Both the position numbers and the translations under genes were made by a program. A stretch of DNA of 64,000 bases from Patescibacteria group bacterium. Lineage in GTDB: Bacteria > Patescibacteriota > Minisyncoccia > UBA6257 > JACRHW01. The stretch spans positions 5,567 through 69,566 of the forward strand of contig JAGWJP010000004.1 in assembly GCA_028865725.1 (NCBI GenBank). Reading direction: 5' to 3'. The notes below the pieces were generated by a model. That model ran no database searches. It had not been told where the DNA came from and saw nothing but the letters and a program-made list of their open reading frames with translations. Shown here piece after piece: positions 49,714 through 59,525 of the stretch (the first letter of the stretch is position 1; every line of letters starts with the position of its first letter).

Positions 49714-50028
49714 ATGACCGTAGAAGAGCTCAAAGAAAAATTAAATAAAGGGGAGGACATGATGATGCTCGATGTGCGCGAAAAAGATGAAGCGGAAGCA
49801 GCGGGGGATATGATCCAGGGTTCGGAAAATGTCCCCATGGGGAAAGTATTTGTAGAGGCTGCGCAAGGTAAGCTTCCTAAAGACAAAAAGATTGTCACTA
49901 TCTGTAAAACAGGAGGGCGATGTGAAATTGTCGCCCGTGAATTGAAAGAGAAAGGATATGATATTGATCACCTTGAAGGAGGCATTGAGGCGTGGAAGAA
50001 AAGTGCGCCTACCGGTACTGCTGAATAG
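49714..50028 (+). CDS. Rhodanese-like domain protein
   Basis: LDVRE..E, CKTGGRC, LEGGI.AW. Confidence 0.92.
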   Translation: MTVEELKEKLNKGEDMMMLDVREKDEAEAAGDMIQGSENVPMGKVFVEAAQGKLPKDKKIVTICKTGGRCEIVARELKEKGYDIDHLEGGIEAWKKSAPTGTAE

Positions 50029-50109
50029 TAGTCTGTGCTATGCAAAAATTATCTTTTAGTTTTTGGGCGGCTTTTGCGTAGGCGCGTAGAAACAAGGAAG
50101 TATATAATT

Positions 50110-50607
50110 ATGAAGATAACCCGCAGAGCGTACCGGTGGCATACTCCGGTTCCCGCAGCCTATTTTGTGGTATCCCAACCCTACTTGCAAGAAGACTGGG
50201 CACTCTACCCGAAGTTCGGACATCATATCGGGGTAGATTATGGAGGTCACGGGAGGACAGGGATTCCTATTATCGCGTGTGCGGCAGGAGTGATCGTATA
50301 TCGCGATACCGAAGATTCACCGTGGGGCAAGACGCTGGGCAATCATATCGCGTTGTATGTACCTTCTGTTGATCGTTCATTTTTATATTGTCATTTGGAA
50401 GAACATCCTCGTGCGTTCACGTATGTGCGCCAAGGAGTACGCCTCGGTACGATGGGAAATACAGGTGCGAGCGTAGGCGGAGCGATCCATCTTCATCTCG
50501 AAGGGTTTTACGGACGTTTTGCCATTGCAATGCGTTCGTTTACTTCGTTCGACGATATCATTTCAAAGACATTTGATGCGGATTCTTTTCTTCGTGCGAT
50601 GATTTGA
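50110..50607 (+). CDS. M23 metallopeptidase
   Basis: H.G.D, GN.I, Y.HL, G.MGNTG.S....HLH.E. Confidence 0.88.
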   Translation: MKITRRAYRWHTPVPAAYFVVSQPYLQEDWALYPKFGHHIGVDYGGHGRTGIPIIACAAGVIVYRDTEDSPWGKTLGNHIALYVPSVDRSFLYCHLEEHPRAFTYVRQGVRLGTMGNTGASVGGAIHLHLEGFYGRFAIAMRSFTSFDDIISKTFDADSFLRAMI

Positions 50608-50666
50608 TAATAATCCAATTTTGCGTTATCCTGTTTCTTGGTTCATTGTGAAGCGAGGACACAAGA

Positions 50667-51452
50667 ATGAACGAGCTCAAGATGCCTTATATTGGCGTAA
50701 CGGGTGTTATGAAAAGAGAGGAATCATCTTATCTTTCGCGTCTCATACCTCGAGACGGATGCCGGCAGCTTATGGTGGGCGTTCTCGCAAGTTTAAACAC
50801 GCTTCGCGGAAAAGGGCATAATCGTTCCAACCGTTATCCGCTTTCGTGTGCGATGGCAGATATTTTTTTTGGTACTCACTCGTCCTGGCCGCCGACACTT
50901 AATCTTATTCATTATGCAACGAACGAGCCGGATACTCTCTATGATCAATTGGTTGAAGTAGATAGGCAAGGAGGATGGTGTTGTGATGGCGTACAGTTGA
51001 ATATGGTATGGCCACAGGCATCGGTACTCGAGGCATATCGGATGCGAAACAGCTGGGCTGAAAGAACGATCGTTCTTCAGGTGGGCGCCGGCGCGTTTCG
51101 CGCTATCCATTCTCCGAAAGAACTTGTGCAAAAAATCCATGAATATGAAGGAATCATAGATTATGTGCTTCTTGATTTGAGCGGAGGATTAGAAAAATCG
51201 CTGGACGAGAACTGTTTGCGCCCTTATCTAGAAGCATTATATGGGGCATCTCTTGCCCTCCGTGTTGGTGTTGCAGGAGGACTTGGGCCGGATACGCTTC
51301 ATCTCGTCGAACCCCTTCTTGTTGCGTTTCCTGATTTGAGCATTGATGCAGAAAGCAAATTGAGAAACAGCGATGATTGCTTGGATATCGTGCGGGCCGA
51401 AGAATACGTGAAGCAAGGCATGGTGCTTTGCAATCATTGCGCCGTACAATAA
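50667..51452 (+). CDS. TrpF-like TIM-barrel hypothetical protein
   Basis: QLN, LLD.SGG, G.AGGLGP, IDAE..LR motifs. Confidence 0.65.
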   Translation: MNELKMPYIGVTGVMKREESSYLSRLIPRDGCRQLMVGVLASLNTLRGKGHNRSNRYPLSCAMADIFFGTHSSWPPTLNLIHYATNEPDTLYDQLVEVDRQGGWCCDGVQLNMVWPQASVLEAYRMRNSWAERTIVLQVGAGAFRAIHSPKELVQKIHEYEGIIDYVLLDLSGGLEKSLDENCLRPYLEALYGASLALRVGVAGGLGPDTLHLVEPLLVAFPDLSIDAESKLRNSDDCLDIVRAEEYVKQGMVLCNHCAVQ

Positions 51453-51462
51453 ATAAAAACTT

Positions 51463-51485
51463 AAACCGGCAGAAGCCGGTTTTTT
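51463..51485 (+). terminator. Rho-independent terminator
   Basis: AAACCGGC-AGAA-GCCGGTTT + T. Confidence 0.85.
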
Positions 51486-51536
51486 GTTTTGGTGCGCTTG
51501 ACCGTCGTTTCAAAAAAGGAGTAGGCTCTAAACACT

Positions 51537-54416
51537 ATGAAAATGACCGGAATTATTGCAGGAATTTGCTTTTTGTTGAGCTTTGGGTTCGCGCACGCGG
51601 CACGCACCACGTTCTTTACTGGCCCACATCCCGCTCAATCACTTGTGTGGGGGTACGGGTCGCATACCACCGCAGACAGAGTCGCCGAGGAATACACACC
51701 TTCATCTGACGAAGAGATATGCGAAGTAGATCATGCTTTGTATCGTTCATTGAACGCTTCAGGAGAGGTAATATTATCCGTATATGAGGGCGGTACAGAA
51801 CCTGAGTCGGGCACTTTGATCGCCACATCTTCTCTTTCAAGTGATGCCGTTCCTGTTTCGACGGTTTCGCACAATACTGTCTTTACTCTTGATTCGTGTA
51901 TGAATCTTGTTGCGCACACGTCATATTGGTTTGTCATGACGCGCACGAGACTGCAGTACGGTGCGGGATTTTATTCTCTCTATGGGGCACATGGGGATGA
52001 GGCATCTTCTTCCTACTGGGAGTTTGATACGTTTGGTCCGTATGGATGGCAGAAGCACGCAGATCGGGACTGGTCGTTGGAACTTAAAGGATCCGCACCC
52101 CTAAAAGAGCCCGTGATCATTGTTCCCGGGATTGCGGGAAGCGAACTTTATAATGGCGATGATCTGATCTGGGCAGATCTTACTCAGATGTTGTTTAGCG
52201 CGAGCGATCAATTTATGACCGATAATCTTGCGCTTGATAGCCAAGGAAAGTCGCTCAAATCCATTGAAGCGAAAGATGTAATTGAATCTATTTTGAATGT
52301 TCCACTACTTAGCGTTAATATTTTTAAAAACCTTCACGATGATTTAGTTACGAATAATTATACACTTGGTCAAGATCTCTTTCTTTTCCCCTACGATTGG
52401 CGCCTTAATCTTGATGTTACAGAGGATGCCTTAGCCGAAAAAATCAATGATGTATTGACGCAGACCGGCGCGGATAAGGTAACGATTATCGCGCATAGCA
52501 TGGGAGGACTTTTGGTCAAGGATTATATTCGTCATCATGGCGGGGCAGAGATCGACAAATTGATCTTTGTAGGTACGCCGCATCTTGGCGCACCGGAGGC
52601 GGGTCGCATTATGCTCTATGGCGATACAATGGGTATCCCATGGTTAAATCCTGCGCGCGTGCAGGAGATTACGGCATATTCTCCGGCGACCTACGAGCTC
52701 TTGCCGAGCAGCGCGTATTTTGAGTACTCTCCGGGATATCTTTTGACTGCGAGCTCGAGTACGTTTCTAGACAATGCTGCTTCGCGCGATGCTTTGCTTG
52801 CGCGCGGCGCACATGAGCCGATTATGGGGCTTGCGGATATGTTTTGGAATGAAAATCTCGAGAATCTCGATTTCTCTGGTATTGATACCTACAATATCGC
52901 GGGGTGTGGTACGGGGACGGAGTCTGCCTATGCAATAAAGAGCGATAACGCGCTTGGAAATATTGATTATACCTCAGGCGACGGTACGGTGCCGCTTGTA
53001 AGCGCAGATGCGATCGCCATTCCTTCCGATCACAAATGGTATGTAAAGAATGTAAAACATGCGGAGTTACCGAGCGCTATTGATGTGCGGAGTGTGATTG
53101 CACAAATCTTGTTAGACGGGTCGGTAACGCCTACGGGAAACATCACCGTGAGCGCCACGGATTGTGGTATTCAAGGTAAGGAGATTTCCTGGCATAGCCC
53201 TGTTGAGATTCATGTGTATGATACAGAAGGGCGGCATACCGGCCCCACCGGCAATAATGCAATTGAGTATGGTATTCCAGGTGTGGAGTATACAGTGGCG
53301 GGGCATGACAAGTTTGTTTTCCTGCCAAGTGGCGGCGAGTCGTACCACCTTGTGATGAAGGGGCTTGATAGCGGCTCGTTTGACATGAAAGTCGCCCAAA
53401 ACGTGAATGGCGCAGTAGGTGAAACGGCGGTGTTTAACGATGTGCCGATTACGGCTTCAAGCACGGGAACGATGGATATTACCGATACCAGCACTGACGA
53501 TACGTTGCAGGTTGATTCGGGTGAAGGAGAAAGTCCGTCTATGATTTTGGCGTCTTCTCATCTTGCGGCAGGCGAGGAGGGTGATGTCACGCCGCCCACG
53601 ACATCGCTTGAAATTGAGGGGGCAAGAGACAATGGGGCGTACCAAGGCCCAACGACTGTTTCGCTTACCGCAACAGATGATAATGCCGGAGTCGCGGAAA
53701 CATATGTTGCGCGTGATGGCGGCGACACAGAAGCGTACCGCGGGCCATTAGTGCTTTCTGATCTCGGTGCGCACACTCTTCGTTACTACTCAGTTGATAA
53801 CGCGGGAAATGACGAAACTTTGCAGGAAATTCATTTTAGCATTGAGGCCTCTTCACACGAATTGCGCGCACAATCTATTACGTTTGACGCGATTCCCGAT
53901 GCCGAGCTTGGTACTGCAGATATCGCACTTGTTGCCACATCCACTTCGGGACTCTCGTTGCAGTTTTTTTCGGAGAGTACCGGCACGTGTACTCTCGCGA
54001 GCTCCTCGGTGCATCTTGTGAGCGCAGGAACGTGCACGGTACGCGCGGAGCAGAGCGGAAGTGATTCTTATAGGGCGGCTTCGAGTTCTCAGTCGTTTGC
54101 AGTTCTCGCAGTACCGGTAGATTCTTCTTCAGAGGAGGAGCCGGCGATGAAAGAGGGAGCACATGGAAGTGGGAGTATCTACTTGCCAGTCGCGGCTGAA
54201 CAGCCGGCCGTGGTTGCCGCAGCAGTATCGGCGCCTCTTACGCACGCCACATCAAGCACGTGGGATATTACGGGCGATGGTGCGATTGATATTCATGATT
54301 TTAATACGCTCTGTATAAATTGGGGTGCGCTCGGACAAGGCCCTGCAGATCTGAACCATGATGGAGTGGTCGATATTTTTGACTTTAATGCGCTCATGGC
54401 GCATTGGGGTATGTAG
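51537..54416 (+). CDS. Secreted LCAT/phospholipase-like alpha/beta hydrolase with Ig-like domains and a C-terminal dockerin
   Basis: PVIIVPGIAGS, PYDWR, AHSMGG, GTPHLGA, GDGTVP, H; twin DxxxDGxxDxxDF dockerin repeats. Confidence 0.85.
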   Translation: MKMTGIIAGICFLLSFGFAHAARTTFFTGPHPAQSLVWGYGSHTTADRVAEEYTPSSDEEICEVDHALYRSLNASGEVILSVYEGGTEPESGTLIATSSLSSDAVPVSTVSHNTVFTLDSCMNLVAHTSYWFVMTRTRLQYGAGFYSLYGAHGDEASSSYWEFDTFGPYGWQKHADRDWSLELKGSAPLKEPVIIVPGIAGSELYNGDDLIWADLTQMLFSASDQFMTDNLALDSQGKSLKSIEAKDVIESILNVPLLSVNIFKNLHDDLVTNNYTLGQDLFLFPYDWRLNLDVTEDALAEKINDVLTQTGADKVTIIAHSMGGLLVKDYIRHHGGAEIDKLIFVGTPHLGAPEAGRIMLYGDTMGIPWLNPARVQEITAYSPATYELLPSSAYFEYSPGYLLTASSSTFLDNAASRDALLARGAHEPIMGLADMFWNENLENLDFSGIDTYNIAGCGTGTESAYAIKSDNALGNIDYTSGDGTVPLVSADAIAIPSDHKWYVKNVKHAELPSAIDVRSVIAQILLDGSVTPTGNITVSATDCGIQGKEISWHSPVEIHVYDTEGRHTGPTGNNAIEYGIPGVEYTVAGHDKFVFLPSGGESYHLVMKGLDSGSFDMKVAQNVNGAVGETAVFNDVPITASSTGTMDITDTSTDDTLQVDSGEGESPSMILASSHLAAGEEGDVTPPTTSLEIEGARDNGAYQGPTTVSLTATDDNAGVAETYVARDGGDTEAYRGPLVLSDLGAHTLRYYSVDNAGNDETLQEIHFSIEASSHELRAQSITFDAIPDAELGTADIALVATSTSGLSLQFFSESTGTCTLASSSVHLVSAGTCTVRAEQSGSDSYRAASSSQSFAVLAVPVDSSSEEEPAMKEGAHGSGSIYLPVAAEQPAVVAAAVSAPLTHATSSTWDITGDGAIDIHDFNTLCINWGALGQGPADLNHDGVVDIFDFNALMAHWGM

Positions 54417-54479
54417 ATTACTCAATACCATACATCTTCTCGTTTTCCGTAAACCAAGGTAGAATAAGACAAATTTTAT

Positions 54480-54758
54480 ATGAGCATTAATTTAAAAATA
54501 TTTTTATTCTTTGTTGTTTTACCGATTTTACTTGCATACATAAATGCCAGTTTTGTTAATTATAGAAATTTCAACTGGGGATATAATCATGTAAATGAAA
54601 TTAGTATTTTCCTGTTTACAATTGCTTCTTTTGTCGGAGCTTATATAACTTTAAGTAAAAAAAGTTCTACAGGGTTACGAATCTTATCGGGACTAGTTTT
54701 TGTCTTTTCGTTAGTATCAATTTATATTATTCATTCATTTTTGCATTTTGGATTTTAA
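54480..54758 (+). CDS. Small AT-rich 3-TM protein
   Basis: Hydrophobic ORF, visibly lower GC than its neighbours. Confidence 0.6.
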   Translation: MSINLKIFLFFVVLPILLAYINASFVNYRNFNWGYNHVNEISIFLFTIASFVGAYITLSKKSSTGLRILSGLVFVFSLVSIYIIHSFLHFGF

Positions 54759-54833
54759 GGAGTGTACGTAGGGTGTGGGGTAATGTTGTGTGATATACTT
54801 AGGTCAGCTTTTTTAAAAATTGGAGCGATACAC

Positions 54834-55433
54834 ATGCACAATCCTTTTCACAAACCTATTCTTTTTGTCGATTTTGATCGCACCTTGTGTCATGACAGAT
54901 TTTGGAGAAGCGCGAACCCCCATCTTTATAGTCAGATTCAGAACGTATTGTTTGGCGATCACCGCATAAGGGTACATGCATGGATGGAAGGCGTGTATAC
55001 GAGTGAAGACATTGTAGAATTTCTGGCGCAAGAATGTAGCGTGCCGTTTCGTGATCTTTGGGATATATTAGTCCATGATTGTGAGACGATGCATGTTTCT
55101 CTGCGTACCTTGGCGGATATCAACGCACTTCGTGATCATTTTTGGGTTGTGTTATTTACTGACAATATGGATTGTTTTTCTCGTTTTACCGTTCCCGCGC
55201 TTCATCTGAATGATTATTTTGATGAGATTATGAATTCTTATGACGCAAAGACGCTGAAGAAGAATCTTCTCCCGCAAATGATGGCAAGTGTTCCAGATCA
55301 GACTTGCTGTCTTATTGATGACGGTGAGGCGATCTGCATGTTGTGTGAGGAGCTTGGTGGAGTAGCCTATCGCATCACCTCTGAAAAAACTCTTGATCAC
55401 CACCTCGCCGTGATCGCTGCAGAAAAGAATTGA
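54834..55433 (+). CDS. HAD-like hydrolase
   Basis: FVDFDRTL motif I, TDN, K, LIDD. Confidence 0.8.
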   Translation: MHNPFHKPILFVDFDRTLCHDRFWRSANPHLYSQIQNVLFGDHRIRVHAWMEGVYTSEDIVEFLAQECSVPFRDLWDILVHDCETMHVSLRTLADINALRDHFWVVLFTDNMDCFSRFTVPALHLNDYFDEIMNSYDAKTLKKNLLPQMMASVPDQTCCLIDDGEAICMLCEELGGVAYRITSEKTLDHHLAVIAAEKN

Positions 55434-55459
55434 CTGAAGCGCATAAATCCGGGTATAGT
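55430..55459 (+). promoter_or_regulatory. Sigma70 promoter of purA
   Basis: TTGACT-N18-TATAGT. Confidence 0.6.
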
Positions 55460-55502
55460 ACTCATGGTTCATTGACAGGTAAAGAAGAGAGGATGTAATG
55501 CA

Positions 55503-56792
55503 ATGCAAGTGAAACACGTACTCGACATGGCGTTTGGCGATAGCGGCAAGGGAAAAATTACCGACTATCTCGCGGCACAGCCTTCGACGCGCGGCATCGT
55601 GCGCTATCACGGAGGAAACAATGCGGGGCATACCGTTCAGAACGAGCTCGGTACATTTCCTTTGCATCTCGTTCCCTGCGGAATCTTTAACATACATGCC
55701 GATGTGTTTATGACAAACGGCATGGTGCTGAACCTGGAAGTACTGGTGAATGAACTTGATATGCTGCGCCGCGTGCTTCCTGATTTTACGCATCGGTTGT
55801 ATATCTCTCCGCGTGCGCATGTCATTATGCCGTATCACACCGTGCTCGACGGGCTCTATGAGGCGGCAAAAGGTAAGAAGAAGACAGGTACTACCGGGCG
55901 TGGTATTGGGCCTTGCCATGCGGATAAGGTTTCTTATCATGGAATTCGCGTGGGAGATCTTGAAAACGAGGAGGGATTTGAAGAGCTTCTCTCCGTACAG
56001 CTTGAGATGAAAAACAAGATCATTGTTGCGCTTGGGGGGCACGCGTTGGATTTTCGTGTGGTGCGTGAAACGATCCTGCGTTATTATGCCCACCTTCGTC
56101 CCTATGTGAAGGAGCCATTTCCGCGCATTCAGCATCTGCTCCGGTCTTCGCCATTTGGGGGTGATCTTCTTCTCGAGGGGGCGCATGGTCTTTTTCTTGA
56201 CACAGATTGGGGGACGTATCCTTATGTGACCGCATCTTCGATTGTACCAGGATACGCAAATGCGGGAGCCGGAATTCCGGTAAGGCACATTACTAATGTT
56301 CTCGGGGTAGTGAAGGCCTATACGACGCGCGTGGGCAGCGGACCATTTCCTACAGAGCTGAATGACGGGGTAGGGGCAGAATTGCGCGAGCGGGGCCATG
56401 AGTTTGGTACGACGACGGGACGTTCTCGACGATGCGGGTGGTTGGATCTTGAGCTTCTCCGCTTTGGTAGCGCACTCTGCGGCGTCGACGAACTTGCAAT
56501 CACCAAGCTCGATGTGCTGGATGGGTTCGAAACGCTGAAGATATGCGTGGGATATGCGCGGCATGGGGCGCAAGTGATGTATGAGGATGCAATAACCGAA
56601 GATCTTTTCGAAGTAGAGCCGATTTATATAGAACTTCCTGGATGGAGTGCATCAACGCGCGGAGTCATGCGGTGGAAGGATCTTCCGCCGGAAGCACAAC
56701 GGTATCTTTTCTTCATTCACGGATTTACCCGTATCCCTATTCATTATGTTTCGACAGGACCTGCCCGCCATGAAATAATCACAGTGAAATAG
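55503..56792 (+). CDS. purA: Adenylosuccinate synthetase
   Basis: GD.GKGK, GGNNAGHTV, GTTGRGIGP, GTYPYVT, KAYTTRVG.GPFPTE, EFGTTTGR.RRCGW. Confidence 0.97.
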   Translation: MQVKHVLDMAFGDSGKGKITDYLAAQPSTRGIVRYHGGNNAGHTVQNELGTFPLHLVPCGIFNIHADVFMTNGMVLNLEVLVNELDMLRRVLPDFTHRLYISPRAHVIMPYHTVLDGLYEAAKGKKKTGTTGRGIGPCHADKVSYHGIRVGDLENEEGFEELLSVQLEMKNKIIVALGGHALDFRVVRETILRYYAHLRPYVKEPFPRIQHLLRSSPFGGDLLLEGAHGLFLDTDWGTYPYVTASSIVPGYANAGAGIPVRHITNVLGVVKAYTTRVGSGPFPTELNDGVGAELRERGHEFGTTTGRSRRCGWLDLELLRFGSALCGVDELAITKLDVLDGFETLKICVGYARHGAQVMYEDAITEDLFEVEPIYIELPGWSASTRGVMRWKDLPPEAQRYLFFIHGFTRIPIHYVSTGPARHEIITVK

Positions 56793-56841
56793 GAGTTCTC
56801 CATGCTGCCGAGCGAGGCAGCTTTTTGTATGTATACAAGCG

Positions 56842-56869
56842 TTGACAAGGGAGGATAGGATGATACACT
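56842..56869 (+). promoter_or_regulatory. Sigma70 promoter of a two-gene orphan unit
   Basis: TTGACA-N16-TACACT with TG. Confidence 0.65.
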
Positions 56870-56895
56870 TATTTTGGTTTATCGGAGGTGTGCAA

Positions 56896-57090
56896 ATGAA
56901 ATATTGTCCTGATTGCGGAACGATGATGCGCCTACTGCAGCAAGGAGATGGATGTGGGGGTATAGGGAAAACAGTAGCGTGTGTGTTCTGTGAAACCATA
57001 TGGAAGAAAACAGGCCGATCTTATGGATCTGTACAAGAAGTATGGTCAAAAGAGAAATTTCGGGCGCGAAGCGATAAGGAAAGGAGGTGA
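56896..57090 (+). CDS. Small Zn-ribbon protein
   Basis: CPDCG...CVFC; GGAGGTG SD. Confidence 0.65.
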   Translation: MKYCPDCGTMMRLLQQGDGCGGIGKTVACVFCETIWKKTGRSYGSVQEVWSKEKFRARSDKERR

Positions 57091-57096
57091 TGCGTT

Positions 57097-57300
57097 ATGC
57101 GATGCCAACTCGTGAGTAAACTCACCAGCGCAAGCGGCGCAATGCATGGTCTTACTGTAGGGGCTACTGTTCGTTTGGCCGCTGACAACGAAGAAGATCG
57201 AGCTAGCCTTCAGACATTCGTGCAAATTATGAAGGAACAAGGTGTCGATCCGGGTCTTGCTTTTTCTCCGCAGTATATCGAACTTACGTTTCGCTGTTAA
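57097..57300 (+). CDS. Small orphan protein
   Basis: AAGGAGGTG SD; hairpin at 57348-57367 follows. Confidence 0.6.
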   Translation: MRCQLVSKLTSASGAMHGLTVGATVRLAADNEEDRASLQTFVQIMKEQGVDPGLAFSPQYIELTFRC

Positions 57301-57433
57301 TTGATGCACAACTATTGAGTAAGTCGGGAAGAAACATAATTAAAAACATACACCAGGAAAGGTGTATATTTTGTTTTCTCGCCGCTACAAGTTTCACTTT
57401 TCCACAGTTTGTGTGTATACAGAATGGTTTATA

Positions 57434-57449
57434 ATGTGTATATACACAT
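57434..57449. promoter_or_regulatory. Candidate LexA operator (perfect 16-bp palindrome) overlapping the -10 box
   Basis: ATGTGTATATACACAT; TATAAT at 57430-57435. Confidence 0.55.
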
Positions 57450-57465
57450 CTTCTTACCCACTCTT

Positions 57466-58146
57466 ATGTCACACGTATCTCACAAACCAACTAAACTTCA
57501 ACAAAAGGTGCTCGATGTTATTATGCGCTATCATGAAAAACACAATGCGGCACCCACTATTTATGAAATCCAGAAAAAACTTGCGCTTATCTCGTCTCGC
57601 TCGGTCACTCAGCATCTTGAAGCGCTCGAGAAAAAAGGATTCATTCACCGTACGCGATATAAAAACAGGGGTATTATGTTAACGAGTACTCTCAAAGATG
57701 GGGAGATGGTACTGTTACCCGTATTTGCTTCAGCAGGATGTGGAAGTCCTGCGGTGATTGCCGAGCGCGCGTTCGATGAGTTTATGGAAGTTGCGTCCAA
57801 CCTCCTTAAAGGGAAAAAGAAAGAGGACTTGTTTGTGATGAAGGCCATAGGAAATTCAATGAACGAAGCCGGAATTCGGGACGGAGATTATGTGCTCGTC
57901 GAGCGTATCGTCGATCAAGATTTTGAAATGGGAGATTCAGTGGTAGCTATCATTGATGATCATGCGGTTATCAAGCGTTATACTCGCGCGGATGATTTGA
58001 TTATTCTGCAGCCTGTCTCATCGGATCGTGCGCACCGCGCTATTATTTTAGGGGGTGATGCGACGTATAAAATTTTTGGCAAAGTTATCCGCACAATCCA
58101 TATGCCCAAAACACGGGATATTCAGTACGCACCTGTGGTATCATAG
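57466..58146 (+). CDS. lexA: LexA repressor
   Basis: PTIYEI...S..SV..HL.ALE.KG.I wHTH; Ala-Gly cleavage site; GNSM Ser; IKR Lys. Confidence 0.92.
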   Translation: MSHVSHKPTKLQQKVLDVIMRYHEKHNAAPTIYEIQKKLALISSRSVTQHLEALEKKGFIHRTRYKNRGIMLTSTLKDGEMVLLPVFASAGCGSPAVIAERAFDEFMEVASNLLKGKKKEDLFVMKAIGNSMNEAGIRDGDYVLVERIVDQDFEMGDSVVAIIDDHAVIKRYTRADDLIILQPVSSDRAHRAIILGGDATYKIFGKVIRTIHMPKTRDIQYAPVVS

Positions 58147-58153
58147 AGATGAT

Positions 58154-58498
58154 ATGAATGTGGATACGATCGCTGAACAGAATATCGCGTGCCCTCGTTG
58201 CGGTGCGGAAGAAAGAGCAGAGGCGTACTTTTGTTCGTACTGCGGCGCGGCTTTGCGAGAAAAGCCTCCAAGTACCACACTTGGCGCACAGCTCAAAGTA
58301 TATCTTATTGCATTATTGGTGCCTCCTTTTGGATTGTGGTATGGATGGAAATATGGAAAATGGGATGATCAGAAATCAAGATGGATTGCGCTTACCGCCT
58401 CACTGCTCACCCTTCTTTCGCTGTGGGCAACATGGTGGGTGATACAAAGTTTGATGTCATCATTAACTACGACACTGAACGCTATGGTGGGGATTTAA
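58154..58498 (+). CDS. Zinc-ribbon membrane protein
   Basis: CPRCG...FCSYCG, PPFGL, TM helices. Confidence 0.75.
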   Translation: MNVDTIAEQNIACPRCGAEERAEAYFCSYCGAALREKPPSTTLGAQLKVYLIALLVPPFGLWYGWKYGKWDDQKSRWIALTASLLTLLSLWATWWVIQSLMSSLTTTLNAMVGI

Positions 58499-58555
58499 TT
58501 TACGGTAAGGTAAAACATTTCCACATCTTTTTTATCATATAATCTTTTTATTTTT

Positions 58556-59521
58556 ATGAATGTTTGTATTACACATCCTATTCCAGGATCCGGACCAGAG
58601 ATATTGCGGAGACAAGGATTTCATGTCACTGTCCTCGAACAGGACACTCCGTATACAAAAAGCGAGCTTCTTGCCTTAGTTCAGCACGAACAATATGATG
58701 CGGTGCTTTCTCTTCTTACTGATCCTATCGATGGGGAGGTGATTGGTGCCTTAGGTGCTCAATGCAAAATTATTGCCAATTATGCAGTCGGTTTTGATAA
58801 TATTGACATCAAGGAAGCACACAAGCGCGGAATTGTGGTAACGTATACTCCGGGGGTTCTGACGGATGCGGTTGCAGGGCACACTATTGCACTAATCCTT
58901 GCACTCTCGCGTCGTGTAGTGGAAGGAGATATATTCATACGTTCCGGAGAATTTAAAGGGTGGACATCTACACTGCTCCTTGGGGAAGACATCAAAGGAA
59001 AAACATTGGGTGTGGTGGGGTTGGGACGCATTGGATCGGAAGTTGCGCGGCGCATGAAGGCTGCATTTGATATGAATATTCTCTATTATGATGTGCGGCG
59101 TAATAGTGACGCGGAACGCCTCTGTGGAGCCAGGTTTTGTGAGTTGGACGCGCTGCTTCAGTCAGCGGATGTGGTAAGTCTCCACACAAACCTTACTCCA
59201 GAAACTCGTCACATGATAGATACCGAACGGCTGGCGCTCATGAAAAAAACAGCTTACCTCGTGAATACCTCACGAGGTGCGGTCATTGACGAAGCAGCAC
59301 TTGTTGTCGCACTTCAAGGACAACATATTGCCGGCGCGGCGCTTGATGTGTTGGAACACGAACCTACGCCTGCCGCGGGACTTTTAGATCTTCATAATGT
59401 AGTGCTCACTCCTCACATCGCTTCCGCCTCGCGGCATGCGCGTGAAACAATGTCAGAAATGTCCGCCCACGATATTATTGAAGTCCTGGAGGGGCGGCCC
59501 GCTCTTCATAGCGTGAAATAA
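58556..59521 (+). CDS. D-glycerate dehydrogenase / glyoxylate reductase (2-hydroxyacid dehydrogenase family)
   Basis: NYAVGFDNID, TPGVLT, GLGRIG, NTSRG, LDV.E.EP, PHIASA. Confidence 0.92.
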   Translation: MNVCITHPIPGSGPEILRRQGFHVTVLEQDTPYTKSELLALVQHEQYDAVLSLLTDPIDGEVIGALGAQCKIIANYAVGFDNIDIKEAHKRGIVVTYTPGVLTDAVAGHTIALILALSRRVVEGDIFIRSGEFKGWTSTLLLGEDIKGKTLGVVGLGRIGSEVARRMKAAFDMNILYYDVRRNSDAERLCGARFCELDALLQSADVVSLHTNLTPETRHMIDTERLALMKKTAYLVNTSRGAVIDEAALVVALQGQHIAGAALDVLEHEPTPAAGLLDLHNVVLTPHIASASRHARETMSEMSAHDIIEVLEGRPALHSVK

Positions 59522-59525
59522 TATC

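Noticed and set aside
55152-56573. 473-aa minus-strand ORF
   Set aside because: Antisense shadow of purA and the HAD gene; no recognisable motifs
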